From IMG/VR virus record IMGVR_UViG_3300011830_000001, positions 1 through 64,000 of that record: a stretch of 64,000 nt of DNA. The stretch is one strand, 5' to 3'. Of this stretch, positions 26,880 through 36,202 are shown in pieces; within the stretch, counting starts at the first letter, position 1; the number at the start of each line of letters is the position of its first letter. The notes under the pieces were generated by a model. The model searched no databases. It was not told the origin of the DNA and saw only the letters and a program-made list of their open reading frames with translations. Both the position numbers and the translations under genes were made by a program. This DNA comes from an uncultured virus (IMG/VR IMGVR_UViG_3300011830_000001). Taxonomy: Duplodnaviria; Heunggongvirae; Uroviricota; Caudoviricetes.

Positions 26880-27863
26880 ATGTCCAGAAAGCCCGCTTTT
26901 CTCAAGCTCTTTAAGGCCGCGCAGATTTACTCTCTTCGCGCCGACACCTCTGTTTTATCTGACCCGGAAGAACTATCCGCAGCTCTAAACGCTTCCCCTT
27001 TCCAGCGCTGCGGCACGCAAGACTTTTCCCGCTCTGGCTGGAAGATGAAGGAAACTGAAGACGGCGAAGACACGGCGGATATTATTCACGAAAACGGCGA
27101 TATTCTCCTGACCGTTGTGACCGAGACGAAGAAGATCCCCGCCCGCGCCGTCAACGAAGAACGGGCCATTCTGATCGCCGCCTATGTGCAACGCACGGGC
27201 CAGCAGCCAAAGGCCGCTGAGCGTCACGCGATGCGCGTGGAAGCGATGCAAAAGCTGGTCACTAAGGCCTTCACGACGACCAAAGAGACACAAATCTGGA
27301 TCGACCTGAGCAGCAAGCTGGTGATCGTGGATACCGCCATCCCCAAACAGGCAGAGTTCGCGCTGGCGCTGCTGCGTAAATCGCTCGGCTCTCTCCCTGT
27401 TATCCCGGTAGTGACCACGAAGAACGTGGAGACCGAAGTTACCGAGTGGGTGAAGAAGAACGATTACCCGGAAAAAATTTGGGCGTCCGAATCGTTGCGC
27501 GTGGCGAAGTTCGAAGGCCTGATCCAGGGAAGCGGTACCGTGAACTACCGGGATGAAGACCTGCAAACCGACGTCACCACCCTGCTGCTGGAGTCCGGCA
27601 AACTGATTTCCACTATTGGCCTGTGCGTTGCTGGTGAGGTGGATCTGGTGCTTGACAGCAACGGGCAGCTTAAGCGGATCGCCTTCCCGGATGAAGTGAA
27701 AAACCCGGACGGCGAAGCCGATGACTTCGAGCAGGAAGACGACGACGAGGCCGAGCAAGACCGCGAAGCAATGCGCCGGGCTGACTTTATCCTGATGTGC
27801 GATACGCTCCGCAAAGCGATTAAACGCATCTATGACGCGCTCGGCGGCATGGCGGAATGCTGA
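26880..27863 (+). CDS. rdgC: recombination-associated protein RdgC (P1 HrdC)
   Basis: F..CG.QD.SRSGW, LALLRKSLGSLPVIP, ADFILM. Confidence 0.93.
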   Translation: MSRKPAFLKLFKAAQIYSLRADTSVLSDPEELSAALNASPFQRCGTQDFSRSGWKMKETEDGEDTADIIHENGDILLTVVTETKKIPARAVNEERAILIAAYVQRTGQQPKAAERHAMRVEAMQKLVTKAFTTTKETQIWIDLSSKLVIVDTAIPKQAEFALALLRKSLGSLPVIPVVTTKNVETEVTEWVKKNDYPEKIWASESLRVAKFEGLIQGSGTVNYRDEDLQTDVTTLLLESGKLISTIGLCVAGEVDLVLDSNGQLKRIAFPDEVKNPDGEADDFEQEDDDEAEQDREAMRRADFILMCDTLRKAIKRIYDALGGMAEC

Positions 27864-29890
27864 CCTACGGAAGCGTATGCAGCGGCGTAGAAGCCGCCAG
27901 CCTGGCCTGGGAGCCGCTGGGCTGGCGTCCGGCGTGGTTCGCTGAGATAGAGAAATTTCCTTCTGCGGTGCTGGCGTTGCGCTGGCCCGACGTCCCTAAC
28001 CTGGGTGATATGACCACCCTGCCCGCCCGCATCCGCGCCCGCGAAGTGCCCGCGCCGGATGTGCTGGTAGGCGGTACACCGTGTCAGGCATTCAGCCTGC
28101 CGGGCAAGCGACAGTCACTCACTGACCCGCGTGGACAGCTCACCCTCGCTTTTGTGGAAATAGCCAATGCAATCGACGAAATCAGAAAGGCCGACGGCCT
28201 CCCGGCGTGCATCGTCGTCTGGGAAAACGTCCCCGGCGTGCTCAACCTCGCAGACAACGCCTTTGGGTACCTTCTCGCCGGACTATCTGGAGAGCCTCAA
28301 GCTCTCGAACCTGGTGAACGACCAGACCGGGGGCGCAGCTCCCGATACTGGCAGTGGAAGAAAAAAACCAATAACCATGCTGCAAAGTGGACGCGCGCTG
28401 GTGGTGCTTATGGACAGCTGCGAAGCGTTGCGTGGCGAGTCCTTGACGCTCAATTCTTCGGAACGCCCCAGCGACGCAAACGAGTCATCGTTATCGCAAG
28501 TGCTGGAGACGGATTCGATCCCCTCCAGGTACTTGCTGAGTCCAAGAGCGTGCGCGGGGATCTTGCGCCGGGCGGCGAACCGCAACCGCAATCTGCCGCA
28601 GCTGCTGCGCACGGTGCTGGAGATGAGTACGAAGGCTGCACCGCCTTTGGAGGCGGAAACACGCAAGGGCCAATAACCGTCTCGACCACGCTGACCACCA
28701 GCAACCAGCGGATCGACTTCGACACCGAGACGCTGATCACCTTCCCGGCGCAAATGTCCGGCACGCAGTACCAGTGCAATGACGGCTCTGTCAGCCCGAC
28801 GATTCAGGCACGCAACCCGACCGCTGTTTGCATGGGCCAGCCGCACATGCTGGTGCGCCGTTTAACCGTGCTGGAATGTGAGCGCCTCCAGGGCTTTCCG
28901 GAGGGCCATACAGACATTATCTATCGCGGCAAGCCTGCCCCGGATACCCCGCGTTACAAAGCAATCGGCAACTCGATGGCGGTGCCTGTTATGGCCTGGC
29001 TCGGTCGCCGTATCGCCGCAGCGCTTACCGCTGCGCCTACACCTCAACCCATGAGCAAACCCGTGACAACCAAACATCAAAAATCCTTCCTCAGATGGGC
29101 CGGAGGGAAGTTTTTACAGCTCAACCAGGTATTGCCCCACCTCCCAGCCGGAAAACGCCTCATAGAGCCGTTCGTTGGCGCTGGTAACGTCTTCATAAAT
29201 GCACCCGGCTATGAGCGTTATCTGCTAGGCGACACCAATCCGGATGTGATCAACCTGTTTAACATGCTGATGTACGCCAACGATAAGGTGCTGGAGCAGC
29301 TGCGCTGGTGGTTCCAGCCCGCGTTTAATACGCAGGATGCTTTCCTGAAAATCCGCCAGCAGTTTAACCGCCACGAATTCACCGCTCCCGAGCGGGCGGC
29401 GGCGTTTATCTATCTCAACCGTCACTGTTTTAACGGCCTGTGCCGCTACAACCAGCTGGGTGAGTTCAACGTAGGGTTTGGGAGCCTCAAAGCGCCCTAC
29501 TTCCCTGTAGACGAGCTGGTGGCCTTTGACGGCCTCAATCATGACAAGCTGACCTTTAAGGCGGGCGATTACAGCAAGCTGCTGTACGTCGCCGGAGAGG
29601 GTGACGTGGTGTACTGCGATCCGCCGTATGAGCCGTTACCGGGTACCGACGGCTTCACCTCCTACAGCGGTGACTCATTCAGCTTTGAAGAACAAATTCG
29701 GCTCGCCAGCCAGTGCGTAGCCGCGCACGGACGCGGGGCGCGGGTGGTGATCAACAACTCCGGCGCACCGAAAATCACCGAGCTGTATCAAGACCTCGGT
29801 TTCACCCTTCACCCGATGAAAGCAAAGCGCTCAATGTCCTGTAAGCAGGCCGGGCGCTTAATGGCAAATGACATAACGGCGGTTCTATGA
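27857..29890 (+). CDS. dmt: Dmt-like fused C5-cytosine plus Dam-type adenine methyltransferase
   Basis: N-terminal GGTPCQAFS, WENVPG, QRRKR, ERLQGFP, IGNS; C-terminal WAGGK, EPFVGAG, YCDPPY. Confidence 0.93.
   Translation: MLTYGSVCSGVEAASLAWEPLGWRPAWFAEIEKFPSAVLALRWPDVPNLGDMTTLPARIRAREVPAPDVLVGGTPCQAFSLPGKRQSLTDPRGQLTLAFVEIANAIDEIRKADGLPACIVVWENVPGVLNLADNAFGYLLAGLSGEPQALEPGERPDRGRSSRYWQWKKKTNNHAAKWTRAGGAYGQLRSVAWRVLDAQFFGTPQRRKRVIVIASAGDGFDPLQVLAESKSVRGDLAPGGEPQPQSAAAAAHGAGDEYEGCTAFGGGNTQGPITVSTTLTTSNQRIDFDTETLITFPAQMSGTQYQCNDGSVSPTIQARNPTAVCMGQPHMLVRRLTVLECERLQGFPEGHTDIIYRGKPAPDTPRYKAIGNSMAVPVMAWLGRRIAAALTAAPTPQPMSKPVTTKHQKSFLRWAGGKFLQLNQVLPHLPAGKRLIEPFVGAGNVFINAPGYERYLLGDTNPDVINLFNMLMYANDKVLEQLRWWFQPAFNTQDAFLKIRQQFNRHEFTAPERAAAFIYLNRHCFNGLCRYNQLGEFNVGFGSLKAPYFPVDELVAFDGLNHDKLTFKAGDYSKLLYVAGEGDVVYCDPPYEPLPGTDGFTSYSGDSFSFEEQIRLASQCVAAHGRGARVVINNSGAPKITELYQDLGFTLHPMKAKRSMSCKQAGRLMANDITAVL
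28167..28676 (+). CDS. overlapping out-of-frame ORF inside dmt, resembling the M.EcoHK31I beta polypeptide
   Basis: SLSQVLET...YLLSPRACAGILRRA...LP.LL motif; start codon uncertain. Confidence 0.6.
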   Translation: MQSTKSERPTASRRASSSGKTSPACSTSQTTPLGTFSPDYLESLKLSNLVNDQTGGAAPDTGSGRKKPITMLQSGRALVVLMDSCEALRGESLTLNSSERPSDANESSLSQVLETDSIPSRYLLSPRACAGILRRAANRNRNLPQLLRTVLEMSTKAAPPLEAETRKGQ

Positions 29891-30075
29891 GCACTCCACC
29901 ACTCCAGAAACACAACTCTTGCCCGCACTGCGGGAGCATTAAACAAGCCTCAAGCCCACGCATGAATCACCGCGTGGCGATTTACTGTCTCGGCTGCGGC
30001 GCATATGGCCCGGAAAGTCCGGACGTCAAAACCGCCTGGGAGGCCTGGGATAATCGCACTGAGGCAAAGAAGTGA
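29887..30075 (+). CDS. Lar-family restriction alleviation protein
   Basis: CPHCGS...CLGCGAYGP...AWEAWDNR. Confidence 0.75.
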   Translation: MSTPPLQKHNSCPHCGSIKQASSPRMNHRVAIYCLGCGAYGPESPDVKTAWEAWDNRTEAKK

Positions 30076-30121
30076 ATCCTCAAGCCGGGCTGGACGGCAC
30101 CCACATGAACGGAGAAAAACT

Positions 30122-30577
30122 GTGAGCATGTTAGTTTATATCGGCACTAAGCTGGTGATGGCGGAGACAATGAGCCGCCTGGAGTACAACGTTTACCGGG
30201 GCTGGAAAGTGCCCGCTGATGAGAACCCGGCGGACGCTGGCTATCTGGTGGAGTATTTAAACAGCCCGCCGAACGTGGAAGGCCGCAAGGGTTATGTATC
30301 ATGGTCGCCAGCGGCACAGTTTGAGGCCGCTTACTTGGGACTGGAAGATGTGACCGAGAAAACGCCGGACTGGCTTATCCGGGTAGTGGCGGAAAAGGCG
30401 CAGCTCGACGACAAAATGAAGAAGCTCGATCTCTACCGTAGCACGCAGCATTTTGCCGATTTGCCGGAAGATGATCGCACCCTGCTAACCTCTCAGTTAA
30501 GGGCTATGCAAGATTACTCTACGGTGCTCGGCCTGCGCCTCGGCAGTGCCCGCAAGAAAGGTTTGCTGGCGGAGTAG
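30122..30577 (+). CDS. two-domain protein (YIGTK...GYVSWSP domain plus crAss001_48-like helical domain), candidate anti-defence protein
   Basis: GGAG RBS before GTG 30122; RVVAEKAQLDDK..KL...LL..QL.AM..Y..VL..R. Confidence 0.75.
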   Translation: MSMLVYIGTKLVMAETMSRLEYNVYRGWKVPADENPADAGYLVEYLNSPPNVEGRKGYVSWSPAAQFEAAYLGLEDVTEKTPDWLIRVVAEKAQLDDKMKKLDLYRSTQHFADLPEDDRTLLTSQLRAMQDYSTVLGLRLGSARKKGLLAE

Positions 30578-30619
30578 TAAAACGAAAAAGGGCAATGCCT
30601 TCCGGCTTGCCCTTCTGTC

Positions 30620-31351
30620 TCATTCTGTTTCGGGTTTACTGTCTTTCAGCGTATCGATGATCGTGAATTTAAAGCTGGAGCCTTCAATGGTGACTGCTAC
30701 GCGTAGCGGGGTGTGCTTGTTGATCTGCTTTAACGCGCTGTCTAAAAATCCTCGCTTCACCCATGACGGCCTGCCTATAACCGAATCAGTGAAATCATAC
30801 CGCGCCGCGAAATCATCCAGTGTGGTATTCCACCAGCCACTATCGCGCCTTAAGCACAGATCCTCGTAAAGCCTAATCTGGTTCGTGCTGGTTAACTTGC
30901 CGCATTCTTTCATGTTGAACCGGGCAAAGCCGCGCTCCAGCTCTTTCAGGTAAGGCATGACGCTGGCGGTAAAAATCACCTCATGCTCAGCAGTTGGCTT
31001 GCCTTTGCCGTTACTTTTCACCATTTCCAGCCAGCGCATTTCGATCTCTTCCCACTCTGAATCATCAGAGGGTGAAAATCTCACGGTGCCTTCATACAGA
31101 GCCGCCAGCCCGGCCCGCACATCACGGGAAGCCTTAGCCGCGTCACAGCCAAAGTAGGTGCGGTAGCGTGCTGCGCTTATCTTAAATACCCCATCATGCG
31201 CATCACGCGAATCTGCCATATTCAGATCAGAGAGGCACATCAACAGGATGCGTTTTGCAGACAGCGGCATGACATACACTGAATTCATCAAAGCCCTGCC
31301 CTGGGCGATGCGAGGGTTGTCTTTCGTCGTTAAGAGTTTGCTGCTCATCAC
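30620..31351 (-). CDS. Rep_3 family (RepB/RepE-like) plasmid replication initiator
   Basis: KRILL, F...VMPYL.EL..GF, IRLYE, FL..ALKQINKHT; adjacent to an iteron origin. Confidence 0.9.
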   Translation of the reverse strand: MMSSKLLTTKDNPRIAQGRALMNSVYVMPLSAKRILLMCLSDLNMADSRDAHDGVFKISAARYRTYFGCDAAKASRDVRAGLAALYEGTVRFSPSDDSEWEEIEMRWLEMVKSNGKGKPTAEHEVIFTASVMPYLKELERGFARFNMKECGKLTSTNQIRLYEDLCLRRDSGWWNTTLDDFAARYDFTDSVIGRPSWVKRGFLDSALKQINKHTPLRVAVTIEGSSFKFTIIDTLKDSKPETE

Positions 31352-31353
31352 AC

Positions 31354-31386
31354 TACCGTGTAGTAAAAGTAAGTTACTACACGGTA
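31354..31386. promoter_or_regulatory. Rep autorepression operator (inverted half-iterons)
   Basis: TACCGTGTAGTAA-7 bp-TTACTACACGGTA immediately upstream of rep. Confidence 0.75.
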
Positions 31387-31418
31387 ACGCTGTCAGCCGC
31401 GACCCGCAAGATATTTTT

Positions 31419-31924
31419 GCGTGTAGTAAACTACAATCACCTTACCGAAATGTGAGGAATCCAGTGACCACCCGGCTGTTTTTAATGCTAAAAACTGGTG
31501 TGGATAAGGTTTTATTAACATCTGCAAAACCTCTCAGTATAAAAAACAATCAAAAACGGCTGAAAGTCGCGCTATATAAGGGTTTGAAGGGATTGGGATT
31601 GTAGTTTACCGCACGCTGGGGATATCGCTTTTGAGGTATGTAGTTTTCTACACGGGTAGCTTGTAGGTTTTTACACGCAGCCGCTTTTTAGGATGTAGTT
31701 TTTTACACGCGGGTATGTAGATTTCTACACGCGAGTATGTAGGTTTCTACACGCAATCGCTCTGAGAGCCGCGCCAGCTCTGGCCTGCCAATCCCTATTA
31801 CTTGTTATTACTGTTTATTACTTTAAAACCATTACTGGTTTTTATTACTAGGCTGTGGATAAAAGCGAAACAGCAGAGGTGAGCGATCCGTCTACCTTAC
31901 CTGGGTATGTAGTTTTCACCACGC
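31419..31924. repeat. plasmid origin: iterons, AT-rich repeats and DnaA boxes
   Basis: Iterons of type TGTAGwTTTyTACACG near 31597, 31635, 31659, 31691, 31711, 31733 and 31903, inverted copy at 31419; (T)ATTACT five times at about 31796-31849; TGTGGATAA at 31499 and 31854. Confidence 0.9.
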
Positions 31925-31939
31925 CCGCGCTAACCCCCA

Positions 31940-31960
31940 CTATTAAACTCTGGCTATCCT
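31940..31960 (+). promoter_or_regulatory. putative late promoter
   Basis: CTATTAAAC-6 nt-TATCCT. Confidence 0.7.
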
Positions 31961-31987
31961 CCGGCCTTTCAACCAGAGGATATTTTT

Positions 31988-32272
31988 ATGCCCGCTGTAG
32001 CAATACTCGGCTCAATGGGATCGGGGCACGGTAGCTTTTCACCCCGCCCCTCTATCGAGGGTGATCCGCTCGTCACAATCAACGGTGTGCCCGTTATGGT
32101 CAACAGCAACGCCTTTCCCCCACATACCGACGGCAAAACCTCGCACCCCGGCGTGGCGGTTTCCTCGCGCCCGTGGTTCTCGATCAACGGTAAGGGGATC
32201 GTCTGTGTCGGTGACAATGTTTCCTGTGGCTCGGTCATCGTTACTGGTGACGCAACTATGCAGGTCAGCTGA
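31988..32272 (+). CDS. PAAR spike-tip protein (P1 UpfC-like)
   Basis: GHG..., V.INGVPV, PH...H, NGKGIVCVGD.VSCGS. Confidence 0.9.
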   Translation: MPAVAILGSMGSGHGSFSPRPSIEGDPLVTINGVPVMVNSNAFPPHTDGKTSHPGVAVSSRPWFSINGKGIVCVGDNVSCGSVIVTGDATMQVS

Positions 32273-33042
32273 TGTTCGATAATCCCAAACAGTTAGCGGC
32301 GTATAAGCTGCTTAAGGCCAGTGCGGGCCACGGCTCCGCGCACAGCATCGCCACCGTCACCGCTGGCGTGGATAACGCGAAAGCCAAAAGCACCGCCGTA
32401 GCGGCGCTTAAGAAGGCTGATAAGACCTATCCGGGTACCGTCTCCGCTTCACTGGCTGTGCTGGCGCAGCTGGTATCTGTCCTCGATGCCGCTCAGCAGC
32501 AAGGTAAGGCGCTGGTGGACGGGATCGGCAAATACCAGGACGTCAACGAGCTGATGAATATGTCGGTAGGCTTTGACGCGTATATCCGGGCCAACGAGCT
32601 GGACGCCAGCACCGGATTCCCGCTGGTAACAGCTATAGCGGATACGGCTGTTTCTGACGCCTTTAAAGCGGCGACAGACGGCATTAACCTGACGGCGATC
32701 ACCAGCGCAATGGGTGATATTAATCTGGCGGTGCCCTCCACTACCGGTACCGGGACAGGAACGGGAACGGGAACGGGCACAACGTCGCCTGGCCCAACAC
32801 AGGCGCAAATCACTGCGCTATCCAATGCCACCAGCGCACTCGCTGCGCCAATGGCAACACTCACCACGGCAACCGCCGGACTAAAAACCTTAACCGACCA
32901 GGCAATCGCCAGCGTCAATAATGCCAGCCAGGCGTTTCATGACGGCGTGGCGATTTCAATGTTATCTGTGCTGAAAGACGATCCCCGCATGGCGGGCGCG
33001 TTGTCGGCGCTGGTACCGCAGAATGTTCTGGACTCGCTGTAA
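32272..33042 (+). CDS. upfB: P1 UpfB-like virion protein
   Basis: QLAAYK.L, Y.RANE, AMG.IN, Gly/Thr linker, ALVP..VLD.L. Confidence 0.75.
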   Translation: MFDNPKQLAAYKLLKASAGHGSAHSIATVTAGVDNAKAKSTAVAALKKADKTYPGTVSASLAVLAQLVSVLDAAQQQGKALVDGIGKYQDVNELMNMSVGFDAYIRANELDASTGFPLVTAIADTAVSDAFKAATDGINLTAITSAMGDINLAVPSTTGTGTGTGTGTGTTSPGPTQAQITALSNATSALAAPMATLTTATAGLKTLTDQAIASVNNASQAFHDGVAISMLSVLKDDPRMAGALSALVPQNVLDSL

Positions 33043-33050
33043 GAGGATTT

Positions 33051-33365
33051 ATGGAAAACGACACGTTAGGACTCCAGGAAAAAACGCTTAGTGACCGCCT
33101 GCACGACTGGCTGAAAGCGCTGGCTCTGATCGGCATTGCTATCTACCTGATGTATGCCATCGAGCAGGAACAAACGCATTACACACAGATGGAAAATGCT
33201 CTGCTCCAGCTATCCGGGCGCAACCGTGCCCTCACTAATATGCTTCTGGCGTGCCAGAAAAACGCGGGGAGTGAGCCTGATTCTGCTTTAGGTAGCCAGT
33301 ATCACCTGAAATATGAGTCAGATAAGCACGATATTCTGCTAAATGCGCTTTATGGGAAGGGTTAG
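33051..33365 (+). CDS. single-pass membrane protein with coiled coil
   Basis: GAGGA RBS; transmembrane segment ALALIGIAIYLMYAI. Confidence 0.7.
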   Translation: MENDTLGLQEKTLSDRLHDWLKALALIGIAIYLMYAIEQEQTHYTQMENALLQLSGRNRALTNMLLACQKNAGSEPDSALGSQYHLKYESDKHDILLNALYGKG

Positions 33366-33587
33366 AATATTCCCCTGTATTTAACAAATGAGCGAGGCCT
33401 GATCAGTGTAAAATTCTGCAAACGGCCTTTTTTACAGGATAGGAGGGACATAACCCCATCAATTATATTAGTTATCAGTTGATACTAATAATTTTGACGG
33501 ATTTAAAAAGTTTTTATAGTTTGCGCCGCTAGTTTCATCGTACAAATTTCAGCGGCCCTGGCATAATATTTCAATTTAAGTGAGTAC

Positions 33588-33932
33588 ATGGACATTGATA
33601 CAAAACTTTTAGGCATCAGCTTGTTGCCTTCACAACCGATCATGATGCTGTCGCCAGCGCTCATTAGCGCAGTTGCCGACAAACTACGGGTACCGTTCCG
33701 CGCAGCTAACATGATTTTTGAAGTGGCCCGCTATCTTTGGGAGTGTGGGGCCGCACTGAAAGTAAATAAAACGATTGAAGGCTACAGGGCGATCCTTGCC
33801 GCTGTAGAAGCCGAAAAGGCTAAGGTAGATAAATATCTTTTTCAGTCAACTCCGGCTTCGCCTTTAGAAACAGAGTTTGAAGCCCCCGACTCAGATTACC
33901 CTTCCCCAGCTTCTCCAGTTCTAATGCAATAA
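33588..33932 (+). CDS. hypothetical protein
   Basis: 114 aa in an AT-rich insert; 3' end overlaps the convergent ORF by 113 nt. Confidence 0.4.
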   Translation: MDIDTKLLGISLLPSQPIMMLSPALISAVADKLRVPFRAANMIFEVARYLWECGAALKVNKTIEGYRAILAAVEAEKAKVDKYLFQSTPASPLETEFEAPDSDYPSPASPVLMQ

Positions 33933-34215
33933 CCTCCGGGATAACCACACTTAACTTTCGGGGATTAATAAGCCGGTGCTTATTTCCCCGATGAGGCCAC
34001 GAAATTAACTTCAAGGCATCCATATTAAACAGCTCTACCGGAATTACTGCCAATTCACGCAAGTTATGATGCAGGTGAATGGTCTTCGCCGTCAGTTTCA
34101 AATCCTTGTCATTCGCCATTTCCGTCAGCTGGGCCACGGCCTCACTTTTGAAGCGGTGAGAGGTCTCAGCGCTGGTACGCCCGTTTGGATAGGTTGCGTA
34201 AATTTTGTAGGTCAT
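33820..34215 (-). CDS. hypothetical protein with C-terminal ribbon-helix-helix-like motif
   Basis: TAAGAAG upstream of ATG; RKLSVVIPE.....LEKLGKGNLSRGL. Confidence 0.6.
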   Translation of the reverse strand: MTYKIYATYPNGRTSAETSHRFKSEAVAQLTEMANDKDLKLTAKTIHLHHNLRELAVIPVELFNMDALKLISWPHRGNKHRLINPRKLSVVIPEVIALELEKLGKGNLSRGLQTLFLKAKPELTEKDIYLP

Positions 34216-34317
34216 ATCTTCTTACTCAGAATGTCGTCATTTTTTCGAGCATACCGGGAGTTTATTAGAGGCCGGGAACCTTTTTTCGTGCTGATCCAAA
34301 AATTTCCTTCACATTCG

Positions 34318-34338
34318 TTAATAACCTTTTTTTACCCT
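34318..34338 (+). promoter_or_regulatory. putative late promoter of the capsid operon
   Basis: TTAATAACC-6 nt-TACCCT. Confidence 0.65.
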
Positions 34339-34391
34339 TAGTCCGTCGAAATTTACACCCCGTGATAGCGCAATAATTATGGGCCTATCCC

Positions 34392-36137
34392 GTGAAGAAC
34401 CTAATTCAAGAGCGTCAGATCGATACTGCGACCCGCGCTAAAGAAGTGATGGCGTTTGCCGTCGAGCCGCAGTTTAACGATGGCAAATATATCGAAGATG
34501 ACGAAGCTCGCCGTACTGCGATCTTCGAAGCAGCAGTTAAATCACCTCTGTTCGAAGGTGCGCCGGAGCCGTTCGTGCGTATGGTTTCTAACGCATGGGC
34601 CACCTCTATCGGTGAGTACGCGACTAAGTACGACGTGTACCCGAACGCCGAAGAGTTGGCGAACTCCCACCGTGCAGCTCAGCGCTTCATGATGGAGTCC
34701 GCTAAAACCCAGCACAGCGGCTTTGCTGGCCCGATGTTCGAAGCGGCTTCCGGCGATATGCAGAAATCTGACGGCATTATGCGCCAGGCGCTGTTCGTTG
34801 CGATGATGCTGCCTGTGGCGCTGGGCGCTGCAACTGGCGACGCCTGTACTTTCGTACCGTGCGAACGTGACGAATCTGATATCTACAGAATCACCCAGGT
34901 AGCTGCGTCTACTTTTGGTAGCTACAAGCCAGGTGATGAGCTGGATATGCAGTCTGCTGGTGTCTATAGCCAGTTCCAGCGTACAGGCCTGTTCCCGGCT
35001 ACCTACGCCGACGTTAAAACGCCAGGCGTCACTGCGAACGCGGGCGATAAAAACGTCCCTGATGGCTCCCTGACCTTCTTTGGTATCAAGGTATCTGGTC
35101 TTGAGTCTGCGTTTGGTCTTAGCAAAGATCTGCCTATTCGTCCGGGCCGCACCATGCTGCTTATCAACCGTATGCCTGCCCGTAGCTATGATGATGGCTT
35201 AGGTAATATTTACTGGAACGGTAAGGATGCTAAAGGCAACGCGTTCAAAGTTGCAGGTACCATCTGGCCTACCGAGGGTGTGGTTGAAGTTAAGTTTGAT
35301 ACCGCGCCTCCTGCTGGTACCGAGCTGGCTCTGACCTTCGAGCTGGACGTTGAAAACAAGCCAGAAATCATCCCGCTGATCAACCAAAAAATGGTGAAAT
35401 TCACCGTTAAGCCGTCTCAGTATGCTCTGGCTACTGAATACAGCGTGCAGGCGCTGATGGACGCGCAGCGTGAATTTGGTCTGGATCTGTCTTCCCAGCT
35501 GTTCAACGGTGCACGTAACTGGCTGTCTCACGAAACCGATATGAAGCGCCTGCGTGAAATGCTGTGGCGTGCCGTATACACCGCAAATATCAAAACTGGC
35601 TGGAAGTCTGGCGATCAGGTTGATGCTTTCGCATCTCGCCTGCGCGTGCAGTTTAACAAGCTCAGCAACGACATGGTGCAGCGCACCAAAACTACGGGCG
35701 TCCGTGGCGGCTTCGCTGGTGCTACCGTGGTCAACATGCTGCGCTCCCTGCCGTCCTCCATGTGGACACCAGCGCCGGGCTATGCCGAATCGCCGTACGT
35801 GCAGTTTGCAGGCACCCTGTTTGGCTCGATCCGCATCTATGAAGTGCCTAATAAGGTCTGTGCTCAATTCGTGAATGAAGGCCTGCCGCTGGATGATTCC
35901 TCCTGCCTGTTCTACGGTCGCGGCGAAAACATTGGCGATGCTGGCCTTGTTGCTGGCGACGCTGTAGCAGCCATTCCATTCGTTCACCCAACCACTCCGC
36001 AACTCGTTAACCGCGTCACCCTGTGGGGCAGCGCTGTGAACGTTGTCCACCCGGATCACGGCGAAGACTACTTCACCCTGGCGAAATTCTCCGAAACCGA
36101 TCTGGATGGCGTGATCACCGTTCACTCCAACCCGTAA
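34392..36137 (+). CDS. major capsid protein gp23
   Basis: 581 aa P1 gp23-like; codon usage typical of high expression; first gene of the 23-22-21 block; hairpin at 36153-36173. Confidence 0.93.
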   Translation: MKNLIQERQIDTATRAKEVMAFAVEPQFNDGKYIEDDEARRTAIFEAAVKSPLFEGAPEPFVRMVSNAWATSIGEYATKYDVYPNAEELANSHRAAQRFMMESAKTQHSGFAGPMFEAASGDMQKSDGIMRQALFVAMMLPVALGAATGDACTFVPCERDESDIYRITQVAASTFGSYKPGDELDMQSAGVYSQFQRTGLFPATYADVKTPGVTANAGDKNVPDGSLTFFGIKVSGLESAFGLSKDLPIRPGRTMLLINRMPARSYDDGLGNIYWNGKDAKGNAFKVAGTIWPTEGVVEVKFDTAPPAGTELALTFELDVENKPEIIPLINQKMVKFTVKPSQYALATEYSVQALMDAQREFGLDLSSQLFNGARNWLSHETDMKRLREMLWRAVYTANIKTGWKSGDQVDAFASRLRVQFNKLSNDMVQRTKTTGVRGGFAGATVVNMLRSLPSSMWTPAPGYAESPYVQFAGTLFGSIRIYEVPNKVCAQFVNEGLPLDDSSCLFYGRGENIGDAGLVAGDAVAAIPFVHPTTPQLVNRVTLWGSAVNVVHPDHGEDYFTLAKFSETDLDGVITVHSNP

Positions 36138-36202
36138 CAGCCTGATGTGACCGCGCCGAAGTTCTTTCGGCGCATATATTGACTAAATGTGAAGGCTATT
36201 AA

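Noticed and set aside
31597..31754. Repeated ~20-bp units resembling a mini-CRISPR array
   Set aside because: The gaps between units are short and irregular, and the units sit beside rep, DnaA boxes and AT-rich repeats, so they are iterons; no cas genes are present.
22808..32272. Hub, spike, PAAR and sheath genes as a T6SS or tailocin locus
   Set aside because: Capsid, terminase, tape-measure and tail-fibre genes in P1 order show that these are phage tail parts.
32743..32780. GGAACG-type hexamer tandem repeat
   Set aside because: It encodes an in-frame Gly-Thr linker in UpfB, and P1 UpfB has a similar low-complexity linker.
33376..33391. CTGTATTTAACAAATG as a possible LexA box
   Set aside because: The right half-site is not ACAG.
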